Positions 42,501-51,007 of a stretch of 64,000 bases of DNA are shown in pieces. The position numbers were made by a program, and so were the translations under genes. The DNA comes from Callorhinchus milii (lineage: Eukaryota): NCBI RefSeq assembly GCF_018977255.1, contig NW_024704742.1, forward strand, positions 87,732,001 to 87,796,000. The letters are read 5' to 3'. The notes beneath the pieces were generated by a model that was given only the letters and a program-made list of their open reading frames with translations, was not told the origin of the DNA and searched no databases. Position 1 is the first letter of the stretch. The number at the start of each line of letters is the position of its first letter.

Positions 42501-45500
42501 GATTGGCTGGACATGGGTCTAATTTTCAGGCCACTGATATTGTAATTGATGGTTGGAAGGCTTATTCTGGATGATATTTTCAGGATAAATGGAGACTTTC
42601 CCAATATCTCACTAACACCAGTGTAATGTTAAGGTTCTGTTGGAAACAATGTGGTAGCTCAAAGGTTTACTACAAGGTCCCAGTTGCCCCCCAGTGATTC
42701 CTATGTACAAACATTATCTATCTAAGACACCAGAGTTACAGGCAGCTAGGTTTGCAATCCTGCTCCCCTCTATGCCTCGCTCTGATTCCTGGCTATTAAG
42801 TGAGATGTCTCTCCACCATCCAATATAGCCAGACCACAGACTTGTTTGTCCTGTTCTGAGGGCATATGCTACAGAGCAGAGAACATTTGAACTAATCGTG
42901 CAAGGCTCGACAATCATCCAATGAAGAACACTTCATTGATGCCGGTAGGGACTGACTTAATTTATTTCCTACCTAGGAGGAAAAGAGCCCTACTTGATCT
43001 TCACTGATCACCATGACATCAGGAAAATAGGAGTCTACCACAAAGAATACATCACAATAGTTGAGCAGCAGAGAAGTGCTGTGGCACTAGATGCTGATGC
43101 TATAGAACAGAAAATCTTCTGGTCTGATGTGGGGAAGAAGGCAATTTTCAGGTAACTTAGAGGCATGAATTCAAAACTCGACTAAAGGCATGAAATCTCT
43201 CATGATCTTGAGGCTTAAGATTCTTTTCAAAATAATTTTCTATGATTCTGTAGTGATGGAAGTTTTGGAAGCTTTTCCAAACCAGAATAGATTAAGTTTA
43301 ACATTCTACAGATCATAAGATTTTTGTCTTACAAAGTTTTTGTTGTCTTAAAACAAAGCAATAGACTTTTCATGTATTTGCAGGTTCAGTCAATTAAAAA
43401 TTAGTTGTGCAAATCTGGCCACCCATTTGCCTTGCCAGAATTAGAATATGACCTGTACTACATGTCTTAATTTAGTCCTGATTGTTTGGATCTAAGTGGG
43501 TTATAGCTAAATTGTACTCATTAATTGTACTGTAACTTGTTCAGTTTTACTGTTTGTCTACAGCAAACCAAACATTAAAATAGTGAATGTTCATTATAAC
43601 TGATCAACTTTTTGTCTTGCCACTAACCTTGCAGTTTGTCCATGGATAAAACGAAAGCTGCAACTAATATTTCCAGAATTATCAAGGATGTTCAAATGCC
43701 TGTGGGAATTGCTGTAGACTGGGTCTACAAGCACATCTACTGGACTGATCGTGGCACTAAAACCATATCTGTGGCTACCTTCGATGGAACCAAAAGGACC
43801 ACTCTCTTTGACAAAGATCTGAGTGAACCTGATTCTATTGCAGTTGATCCAATAAATGGGTATTGTTAAATTAGCCTTACTGTGTTAAAAACAACAACTT
43901 GACCTGCATCTTCTAAATCATCCCAATGCTATATTTGGCATTTTTTAAAAATCTAATGCTATTAATTGGAAATCTCTAATCAGGTTAGCATCTTCTGCAT
44001 ACTAAGAGCCTAATACAATGTGCACATGGGCTGATTTCCAAACAAAGTACAATAAAATGAATGGAAGGCACTGCATATAGGAGGCAAATACTGTATTGAT
44101 GTGATAGATCATGGGGGCAGAGGGAGAAACAAAGATCTCAAGGTGTTGGTCAACATTATTCACCATGTTGATGCAGAAAGTAAACCAGATGCTGAAGTAT
44201 ATTGCCAAATCAGTTAAAATTCCTAAATACTTGAGCTACAATTTTCTGATTAGGTTGTACCTAGAGTGCCAGATATAGTCTGGTTGACTGAAGGGGATTG
44301 CCCAGATTCTAAAGGTGATACAGAAAAGTATAGTAATGCGACTTTCATAGCAGCAAATGAGGAATAATGAGTGTAGAGCAAACAACAGATAAAAGGGTTA
44401 GAGGTGAGGATCCTCTATTTTAGAGCTAAGAGTAGATGTATATCCCACAGACATGTTCACAAATATTTTTGATCAGCCGGGTGTCTGACACGTGCAGAAA
44501 TCCATCACCATACTTAAGAATATCCAAACCAAACTGACAATTCCATGCATCCCAAGCTACACATGGAAATCTCAGAGATAGATTGTTGGAATGCAATGCA
44601 CTCTCTCTCCCTGGAGGGAAGCATCCTGTAAACTTTCAAACTGCTACACTTTTTAAAGTGCCTCAAGATGGTTTCATGCACAGATAATTGTGCTCTTCAG
44701 ATCTGCTTTACTTGAGCATGTGTTCACGATTAAGCAGGATTTCTTAGTTGTGACTAGTGTTCTTTCCTTTTAAAGGTTCATGTACTGGTCAGATAAAGGT
44801 GAAGTGACAAAAATTGAAAAAGCAGGAATGAATGGTGTTGATCGCCAAATTCTAGTTAAAGGTACACCAAAGCCGAATGGTATTGCACTTGGTAAGTAAT
44901 ACTAATTCCGTGTGTACTAAAAAAGGGCACTTTGTCAGTCTGGTTTTATATCCATGCTATTCTTCTCAGATCTCGTAAAGAACCGCCTCTATTGGGTTGA
45001 TGTAAAGCTCCACACGTTGTTTAGTATAGACCTAAATGGTAAGGACAGAAGAACTGTACTGGAGTCACAGAAGCTACTTGCTTATCCTTCTGCTGTTGTA
45101 TTATTGGAGGTAATGTCTCAATTGTGTTCTGAAATATTAGCAGCAGGCTTGTCTGGTTGAAAATATAACCCAGTTCTTCTAATGAAGAATGTTTGCTTAT
45201 AGTCCCAAATCTTTGTATACAATGGATTATTTGAATGTGCCAACTGATTTAAGGCACAGTCAAAACTATTATCTTAAATTTAAGATAATTGGCAAAAGAA
45301 CCAGAGGAGATTTTTTTATATACGGAATTGTTTGGAGTCCTGCAGCTCAGTGGTTAGAGCACTCGCTTTGCAAGTGAGAGACCTGAGTTCAATTCCAGGC
45401 AGAGGGCGAAACCTTGGGCAAGTTTCCTTACTCCACACGCCTAATAATAATCCCTCCAAAAACCAAAAACAATAATAAATTGGTCATTTTCAATCTACGA

Positions 45501-48500
45501 CTGTTTGTGGGACATTGCTGTGCGCAATTGGCTACTGCGTTCGCCCACAAATATACAGTCAATTCACTTTACAGTGTGTTCTGTGAAGCGCTTTGGGACG
45601 TCCTCCGGATGTGAAAAGCGCTATATCAAATGCAAGGAATATTATTATATTATTACACCCTGGCATGAACTAACTGAAATGGTGGTGGAAATGGATTCAA
45701 TAACTTTCAAAAGGGAATTAGATAGGTACTTAAAGAAAAAAATTGCAAGCATTTGGGGAAAGAGCAGGGGAGTGGGGCTGATTGGGTAACTCTTCCAAAG
45801 AGCAGGCATGATGGGTCGAATGGCCTCCTTCTGTGCTGTATAATATTCTATGATCTATTAAATAGTTGTAGCTGATTTGTCAGATGAGGTATCACTTCTC
45901 CTTGCAAATAGGACAAGATATTCCATGAATTTGCCTCTTGTTCACAATGTCATGTCCAGTTTGGGTTCTCAATCCTGCCAAGTACAGTGGTGATGAAGTT
46001 GAAACTATTTACAATGTTTGGTGGAAAGGTTTGCCTGAAGCACTAGTGATTCATGGCTCTGCCTAGTGTAGTGCCCATCTTTTACAAGCTCAGGGCACTA
46101 GTTGAAGCACTTTTAGCCTCAGAACCCCTTGAATTAAGGACCCAATTCCTGATCACTGTAAAGATCCTTACAACACTGGAAGAGTTTTCTTCTTCAGCCA
46201 AGTGGCTTGTTGGTGCTCACTATTTAAGGGTAACCATGAAAAATGGTCACTTGGGTATAACCTGCTTAGTTCACCTCCAGACAAATTAAGTGCAATGAGT
46301 CGCTCCATACATCTATCTACTTGAATGAACTTTTAAAGCATGGGTGTTGAAGTTATGTAAACTGTTAGAGAATCTCTGTAAGAAACTATAGATGTAGTAG
46401 TAAAATTTGTATTTGCTCTAACAATTCTAGGATTATGTCTTCTGGGCTGATGGAATTAACAAAGCCATCTACAGAGCCAACAAATTCACAGGAGAATCTG
46501 TGGTCGTTTTGGCCTCTCATCTGAACAACCCTCAAGATATCATTGTTTATTCTGAGATTATTCAGCCAGCAGGTAAGCAATCTCTTGGCATGTAAATGGT
46601 GTTGCAGTAAAACTGTTCTGGTAATGTAGGTGAAAAGCTAAACATACAAGGTTAATGCTAACAAGGCTTATGTATGGCTGGTTACCAGAATCTGACTTTG
46701 ATCTGTATGAATAAACATGATTTGAGATTTATCTTGTTATGAAGGCATTTTTATTCCATACTTTGAAATTGAATAATATTGCTAAAACGTATTAGAGTTG
46801 GAGGTGGGCTGCACACCACACAGATCAGGAAAGTGGTGCAGCCTAACTCCCTCACCAAATACTGCTGTGACACACAGCAGTCTGGTGATCCTTTGAGTGG
46901 GGCTAATAAAAGTTCTTCCCTCCAACTCAATACACTTGAAGTAGACATTGTGCCAAGTGGCTGTGCATTGAAGCCATGCCAATGTTGTAGTAGCTTTAAG
47001 TCCTGTAGCTCAGTGGTTAGAGCACTTGCCCCACAAGCAAGAAACCTGGTTTTGATTCCCGGCACGGTGAAACGTTGGGCAAGTTTCCTTACTCCACACG
47101 CCTCTGTTTACCGAGCAGTAAGTGGGAACCCAGTTGATAGTCGATTGGCAGATCGCTTTTCCGGGGGGTAATAATTCCTTGAAAATACATTTTAAAATAA
47201 ATAAATAAAGTGTCACTCAATCAAAGGCTGTTTGTGGGATACTGCTGTGTGCAATTGGCTGCTGCTTTTGCCCACAAAATATTCACTTTACAGTATATTC
47301 TGTGAAGCACTTTGAGACAAATGCAAGGATTATTAACATAATAAAATGGGCAGGGGGAGGTCTCTAAAATGTATCTGGTATAAGTCATTAAGAGTTTTTA
47401 GGACACTTTGTTGACTTCTTCTAGGCAAAGACTGGTGCAACCAAAAGATCAAGGATGGAGGTTGTGAATACCTATGTCTTCCTGCTCCTCAAATTAACAG
47501 TCACTCGCCCAAATATATCTGTGCATGTCCATCAGAAATGGAACTCCAAGAGGATGAACAACACTGCAAAATAGGTACACAATCTTCTGAAACTATGATG
47601 CTCTAATACATGAGCCAGCATCAGCTTTTATCACACTAATACTTGATGGCTACAGTAGGAAGTCTCAAGAAATAGCTGGATAATTAAAGGTAGTCAATGG
47701 AGGATAGCTATAAACTCTTCAAAGTTTGAATCAAGCCCTCCAGGATCTATTTTAAGACCTTCGTAAGCTTAATGTGCAACAATATTAAACTTTTAACCGT
47801 GATGCCCAAATCAGAAGACTTCAATATCAGGGATTTAGACTGGTAAGTATCTATCTGACAGATTCAGTGTGCATAACTCTTGTGTAGGACCCAGAACTAA
47901 TGGACTAAAAGGAATGTTAATCAGTGTCTGGACTCAGCCACTTTAACCTGCTCCAGCTGTCCTGCAACTTGTTCCCTTTCACTCTGGTGGGATCTTTCTC
48001 TTGTACCATTTTACCAGGTACTCTTTTGGGAAAAAAAAACCCGCTAATGTAGGGCTCCAGCAATTCTTCCTAAGCCTAAATCCATTTAACTGGGTTGTTG
48101 CCATGAGTCCATCTCTAGACTTTGAACATTGCTCCTCACAGCAGATCTTTAAGTCTCTCGTCTATCATTTTACTGAGATCTGAGGTAATGCGTTGTAGTT
48201 ATACCCCTGTTTTGATGAATGCAGACCAATTGCCTATAAACTGCATTGATCAATTTTTGTCTTCATTTTTGGCTCAAAGCATGGTCAGAACCCTTCAGTC
48301 TTGCAAAGTAATGAGACAACCTGCTGTTAATGTAAAATGTTGTCTTCCCTTTTCTTTCCAGTAACTCAGTATAGAATAAGACCCTCTGCTTTACCTACAC
48401 TTGCTTCTAATGACTCCACAAAAGGCATCCGTTCCAGTCTGCAAACAGTTTTGCCAAGTTCTAAAGGTAATTAAATTTTGATTTGAATTTGTGCTCGACA

Positions 48501-50681
48501 TGGTGTGACTTGTATTTCAAGCTTCAACCAAACGTATAATTCTTATTGGATTTTGTTAGGTAAAATGTTACCTATATGAGCTAATAACTAGGATATGGAG
48601 AGAATCCTACTATAATAGCCTGCCAGGTTAAGAAATCTTGGAACCAACTTTGAATCTGCTGAGTTGTAGATGAGTTTCCCACATTGCGTTGGATAACTTT
48701 AGTAAATACCCAGTTTTCCAGACTAAGGTATGTGGAATTCAAGCCAAGCCGGCCTGGACCCAAAGCCTAAACTAAATTTCAGTGGCTGCATGTAGACTCC
48801 CACCAGCCCAGCGCTCCCTACGCACACCAATGCTCCACTAAGCAGCCTTTCAGATGGGGATATCGACTTAGACTCGGATTGTTTGAATCCCACAAACAGA
48901 AAACTGGCTTATTTGCTATTCTCTGCTTGTGGGACTCAAACAATTACAAGGCTGGTACCAGCATTTTTGACAAATGTCAATACCAGCATTGTAATTACAC
49001 TTAATCAGAAATTCCAGCTTGCCAGATCTCCTCTTTATTCTATTTTCTTTCCCCTCCTACCACCATCAGTCTGGTGAGCCTGGATTGGACTCTTTTGAAT
49101 TTCAAGCTAGATTGTAACCTTGATTCTTGACCCCATGATTCACTGAATGTTTTTGTGAACCTTTACTGTGTTTACTTTACTAAAACTTTACTATGAGATT
49201 CCTCCATGTTCAGAGCAGAACTGAAATAGGTCAATCAGGTGTTGGTACAAACAACAACAACAAACTTACATTTATAGAGCGCCTTTCACGTCGGAAGAAC
49301 ATCCCAAAGCGCTGAACAGTCAGGTGTCGGGGCCCGAGCATGGCGGGGGGGTGGTGTGAGGGAAGACAGAGAGGTGGGAGGGATACCAAAGGCACGGTCA
49401 AAGAAAAGGGTCTTGAGACCGGCCTTGAAGTGGAGTCCTGTAGCTCAGTGGTTAGAGCACTCACCTTGCAAGCGAGACACCTGGGTTCAATTCCAGGCAG
49501 GGCAAAACCTTGGGCAAGTTTCCTTACTCCACACGCCTAATAATAATCCCTCCAAAAAACCAATAATAAATTGGTCATTTTCAATCTGCGACTGTTTGTG
49601 GGACACTGCTGTGCGCAATTGGCTGCTGCGTTTCGCCCACAAATATACAGTCAATTCACTTTACAGCATATTCTGTGAAGCGCTTTGAGACGTCTAGAAG
49701 ATGTGAAAAGCGCTATATCGAATGCAAGGATTATTATTATTGAAGGTTGCAAAGGAGGAAGTGAGGCGAAGGGACCGTGGGATGGAGTTCCAGAGTGTGG
49801 GGGCAGAGAGGCTGAAAGCCCGGCCACCAATGGTAAGGCATGTCGGGTGGGAGACATGGAGCTGACCAGAGCCTGATGAACAGAGGGAGTGGGCAGGTTG
49901 GTAGGGAGTCAGCAGGTTAGAGAGGTAGGAGGGGGCAAGGCCATGGATGGCCTTAAAGGTGAGGATGAGGATCTTGAACTCAATCCTCTGGGGGATGGGG
50001 AGCCAGTGGAGTCGGGGGAGGGTGGGAGTGATGGGGTCACGGAGCCTGGTGAGAGTACACGAGCTGCAGAGTTTTGGATGATCTGCATCGTGTGAAGGGA
50101 AGAGTTCGGAAGGCCGATGAGGAAGGAGTTCCTGTAATCAAGCCTTGAGGTGACAAACTGCTGTCAACAATTCACCAAGTCTGGTTTATTGTTATTATTT
50201 ACTTGGTTTTGGCATTGGCTATCTTGACACTAGCTGCCCTTTAGAAATGTTTTTAATGAGGTTTTTCTTGCATAAGGTATTACTTTGTGGAAATGCTTTA
50301 CGTTTCCCTTAACTTTCAGATGTAAATTCAGGTACCTCTTACAAAGATGAGAAGCCTGGCAAAGGAGCTGCAGTTGGCTGGTTTATCCTTGCTATCCGTA
50401 AGTTGATAACTACTTTTGACTGTCTTAAACCATCTACCAAAATAGCTTAATCTTGTGGACATGTTAGTTCAGTAAGTGCTCATTGTACTTTGTGTTCTAC
50501 AAAGGTTCTTGACTTTGTTTAAGGGTGTTTCTAATATAGGGTAAAATATTAAGCCTCTCTGATTTTTCTTTCAGTGCTCTTGGCTGTAGCTTGTATAGCT
50601 GGTTACCTCAAATGGCAAGACTTGCAAAAGAAGAGCCTGCAGACAAATAGCTTTGAGAACCCATTGTTTCAGAATGAATAA
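12500..50681 (+). CDS. VLDLR: Gene B: VLDLR-like receptor with triplicated ectodomain (8+6+7 LA repeats, 9 EGF, 3 YWTD propellers, single TM); 43 exons, about 2165 aa
   Basis: Manual splicing of the exons listed below gives 6498 nt in one frame. Module 1 has the eight-LA (LR8) layout with a 372-bp three-LA exon. One signal peptide exon and one TM/tail only. Symbol denotes family; a derived paralog. Confidence 0.88.
13479..13589 (+). CDS. Gene B exon 2: LA1
   Basis: [35 protein letters not shown]. Confidence 0.92.
14252..14750 (-). mobile_element. L2-clade LINE 3' fragment
   Basis: [18 protein letters not shown]...IPQRIEFK; (caa)n tail; matches copy at 58565. Confidence 0.85.
15885..16007 (+). 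CDS. Gene B exon 3: LA2
   Basis: [37 protein letters not shown]. Confidence 0.92.
16033..16352 (-). mobile_element. L2-clade LINE 3' fragment
   Basis: [17 protein letters not shown]...[10 protein letters not shown]. Confidence 0.8.
16912..17034 (+). CDS. Gene B exon 4: LA3
   Basis: [37 protein letters not shown]. Confidence 0.92.
17565..17900 (-). mobile_element. CR1-like LINE 3' fragment
   Basis: catagaaacaggagtaggcc end and body recognised as CR1-type from memory; no search run. Confidence 0.6.
18000..18371 (+). CDS. Gene B exon 5: LA4-6
   Basis: 372 bp, three LA repeats; ORF 17969..18433. Confidence 0.93.
18448..18850 (-). mobile_element. L2-clade LINE 3' fragment
   Basis: Same 3' end as copies at 14252 and 58565. 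Confidence 0.8.
19296..19412 (+). CDS. Gene B exon 6: LA7
   Basis: [34 protein letters not shown]. Confidence 0.9.
19958..20083 (+). CDS. Gene B exon 7: LA8
   Basis: [44 protein letters not shown] tandem acceptor (alternative start 19961). Confidence 0.9.
21739..21858 (+). CDS. Gene B exon 8: EGF-A, module 1
   Basis: [16 protein letters not shown]...; 120 bp. Confidence 0.92.
21934..22059 (+). CDS. Gene B exon 9: EGF-B, module 1
   Basis: [15 protein letters not shown]...CKAV; 126 bp. Confidence 0.92.
22457..22628 (+). CDS. Gene B exon 10: propeller 1 start
   Basis: [18 protein letters not shown]...IFWADL; 172 bp; GC donor. Confidence 0.9.
22657..22833 (-). mobile_element. tRNA-derived SINE, 3' part
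   Basis: Family tail and body. Confidence 0.8.
23725..24160 (-). mobile_element. L2-clade LINE 3' fragment
   Basis: [28 protein letters not shown] in ORF 23729..24289. Confidence 0.85.
24494..24706 (+). CDS. Gene B exon 11: propeller 1
   Basis: [15 protein letters not shown]...AVDPLLG. Confidence 0.92.
25223..25341 (+). CDS. Gene B exon 12: propeller 1
   Basis: [20 protein letters not shown]...IQRPNGIAL; 119 bp. Confidence 0.92.
25419..25558 (+). CDS. Gene B exon 13: propeller 1
   Basis: [10 protein letters not shown]...[11 protein letters not shown]; 140 bp. Confidence 0.92.
26181..26319 (+). CDS. Gene B exon 14: propeller 1 end
   Basis: [21 protein letters not shown]...HELIQPS; 139 bp. 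Confidence 0.92.
26740..26886 (+). CDS. Gene B exon 15: EGF-C, module 1
   Basis: [23 protein letters not shown]...CRK. Confidence 0.92.
27599..27727 (+). CDS. Gene B exon 16: LA3-type repeat, start of module 2
   Basis: [37 protein letters not shown]. Confidence 0.9.
27814..28182 (+). CDS. Gene B exon 17: LA4-6, module 2
   Basis: 369 bp; ORF 27777..28190. Confidence 0.92.
28582..28704 (+). CDS. Gene B exon 18: LA7, module 2
   Basis: [35 protein letters not shown]. Confidence 0.9.
28785..28901 (+). CDS. Gene B exon 19: LA8, module 2
   Basis: [38 protein letters not shown]. Confidence 0.9.
28995..29142. mobile_element. Small Tc1/mariner (Tigger-like) MITE
   Basis: TA|CAGTAAAATTTGTATAA ... 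TTATGTGAGTTTTACTG|TA, imperfect TIRs with TA flanks; related copy from 6366. Confidence 0.6.
29932..30051 (+). CDS. Gene B exon 20: EGF-A, module 2
   Basis: [15 protein letters not shown]...; 120 bp. Confidence 0.92.
30147..30272 (+). CDS. Gene B exon 21: EGF-B, module 2
   Basis: [15 protein letters not shown]...CKAV; 126 bp; GC donor. Confidence 0.9.
   Translation: MLMSAKILRHAVKFASIQKEAINVNVAQDTLWIQPMVTAKQ
30801..30972 (+). CDS. Gene B exon 22: propeller 2 start
   Basis: [18 protein letters not shown]...IFWIDL; 172 bp. Confidence 0.92.
31210..31434 (+). CDS. Gene B exon 23: propeller 2
   Basis: [15 protein letters not shown]...AVDPLSG; 225 bp. Confidence 0.92.
31875..32196 (-). mobile_element. 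Full-length tRNA-derived SINE
   Basis: Head with A box (tagctcagtgg) and B box (ggttcaattcc), (att)n tail. Confidence 0.9.
32474..32592 (+). CDS. Gene B exon 24: propeller 2
   Basis: [20 protein letters not shown]...IQRPNGITL; 119 bp. Confidence 0.92.
32678..32817 (+). CDS. Gene B exon 25: propeller 2
   Basis: [12 protein letters not shown]...[11 protein letters not shown]; 140 bp. Confidence 0.92.
33813..33954 (+). CDS. Gene B exon 26: propeller 2 end
   Basis: [21 protein letters not shown]...; 142 bp. Confidence 0.92.
34143..34428 (-). mobile_element. tRNA-derived SINE
   Basis: Same family, head and tail present. Confidence 0.88.
35166..35500 (-). mobile_element. L2-clade LINE 3' fragment, degenerate
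   Basis: caacaaaattacatt tail plus family 3' body. Confidence 0.7.
35636..35785 (+). CDS. Gene B exon 27: EGF-C, module 2
   Basis: [20 protein letters not shown]...CKI; 150 bp. Confidence 0.92.
   Translation, partial: AISCAMRIYRMEAVNSCASQLLSSLFIPHNMSVCVLLTWNLSRIDIAVK
37379..37501 (+). CDS. Gene B exon 28: LA2-type repeat, start of module 3
   Basis: [37 protein letters not shown]. Confidence 0.9.
38015..38364 (+). mobile_element. tRNA-derived SINE, diverged longer variant
   Basis: Degenerate head, internal ctctgtttacccagtagtaagtaggaacccag segment, caaggattattatt tail. Confidence 0.75.
38445..38567 (+). CDS. Gene B exon 29: LA3, module 3
   Basis: [37 protein letters not shown]. Confidence 0.92.
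39295..39666 (+). CDS. Gene B exon 30: LA4-6, module 3
   Basis: 372 bp, three LA repeats. Confidence 0.92.
40655..40777 (+). CDS. Gene B exon 31: LA7, module 3
   Basis: [35 protein letters not shown]. Confidence 0.9.
40990..41112 (+). CDS. Gene B exon 32: LA8, module 3
   Basis: [38 protein letters not shown]. Confidence 0.9.
41810..41929 (+). CDS. Gene B exon 33: EGF-A, module 3
   Basis: [16 protein letters not shown]...; 120 bp; GC donor. Confidence 0.9.
42006..42131 (+). CDS. Gene B exon 34: EGF-B, module 3
   Basis: [15 protein letters not shown]...CKAV; 126 bp. Confidence 0.92.
42977..43151 (+). CDS. Gene B exon 35: propeller 3 start
   Basis: [18 protein letters not shown]...IFWSDV; TAGGAG tandem acceptor (alternative start 42980). 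Confidence 0.9.
43635..43859 (+). CDS. Gene B exon 36: propeller 3
   Basis: [17 protein letters not shown]...AVDPING; 225 bp. Confidence 0.92.
44776..44891 (+). CDS. Gene B exon 37: propeller 3
   Basis: [20 protein letters not shown]...TPKPNGIAL; 116 bp. Confidence 0.92.
44970..45109 (+). CDS. Gene B exon 38: propeller 3
   Basis: [10 protein letters not shown]...[11 protein letters not shown]; 140 bp. Confidence 0.92.
45334..45654 (+). mobile_element. Full-length tRNA-derived SINE nested in a CR1 remnant
   Basis: ggagtcctgcagctcagtggttagagc head to attattat tail. Confidence 0.9.
45660..45860 (+). mobile_element. CR1-like LINE 3' end (5' part at about 45280-45330)
   Basis: [11 protein letters not shown]-terminus; gatgggtcgaatggcctccttctgtgctgta...ttctatga tail. 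Confidence 0.7.
46431..46572 (+). CDS. Gene B exon 39: propeller 3 end
   Basis: [21 protein letters not shown]...; 142 bp. Confidence 0.92.
46999..47335 (+). mobile_element. tRNA-derived SINE, longer variant
   Basis: gtcctgtagctcagtggttagagc head; caaggattatt tail. Confidence 0.85.
47425..47574 (+). CDS. Gene B exon 40: EGF-C, module 3
   Basis: [34 protein letters not shown]...CKI. Confidence 0.92.
   Translation, partial: AKTGATKRSRMEVVNTYVFLLLKLTVTRPNISVHVHQKWNSKRMNNTAK
48362..48466 (+). CDS. Gene B exon 41: Ser/Thr-rich stalk
   Basis: [35 protein letters not shown]; 105 bp, phase 1-1. Confidence 0.8.
49249..50155 (-). mobile_element. L2-clade LINE 3' fragment interrupted by a SINE
   Basis: Colinear with the 14252 copy on both sides of 49431-49740. 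Confidence 0.85.
49431..49740 (+). mobile_element. Full-length tRNA-derived SINE with TTGAAG target-site duplication
   Basis: ttgaag at 49425-49430 and 49740-49745. Confidence 0.9.
50320..50397 (+). CDS. Gene B exon 42: juxtamembrane and first half of TM
   Basis: [28 protein letters not shown] / GTAAGT. Confidence 0.87.
50575..50681 (+). CDS. Gene B exon 43: TM end and tail with FENPLF
   Basis: [35 protein letters not shown]. Confidence 0.88.
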
Positions 50682-50689
50682 TTGTATGA

Positions 50690-50695
50690 AATAAA
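50690..50695 (+). terminator. Candidate polyadenylation signal of gene B
   Basis: AATAAA 8 nt after the stop codon. Confidence 0.45.
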
Positions 50696-51007
50696 AATGA
50701 TTTTACACTAAATTTGGTGCCTTGGTTAATGGTAATCATTATGTAGATAGGAGGGGAAGATCCTAGAAGATAGTTTATTTCAGGTTTTGAACCGTTTCTG
50801 CATCCCACTGGGGTGAGGGGAACGCATTTAAAGTAAATGTGCAAATATATTTCAGTTGATCTTAGTCTACTCATGGTCATGTATTTCATTTATTCAACAT
50901 GCATGTTGCATGGTAGACTTTACAGGGGTGAAGTGGAGATCTAATACTTGATAAAGGATTTACAAAACCCCTTAAACTGGTTGCATTTTCAGGGTAGCTT
51001 TTTATGA

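Noticed and set aside
45334..45405. tRNA-Ala(TGC)-like sequences (also at about 32125-32196, 34360-34428, 47000, 49431, 61033)
   Set aside because: They are SINE heads: each continues into the same body and tail and lacks a proper acceptor stem.
18000..47574. Triplication as an assembly artefact
   Set aside because: Modules differ substantially in exon sequence, LA number, intron length and repeat content.
27599..50681. Modules 2 and 3 as separate genes or pseudogenes
   Set aside because: No promoter or signal-peptide exon seen before them, no TM or stop exon after modules 1 and 2, junction phases are compatible, and no exon has a stop or frameshift.
12500..50681. Identification as LRP1, LRP2, LRP13, LRP8 or LDLR
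   Set aside because: Eight-LA first cluster, 372-bp triple-LA exon and motifs such as [15 protein letters not shown] and [13 protein letters not shown] fit VLDLR best. A tree is still needed for proof.
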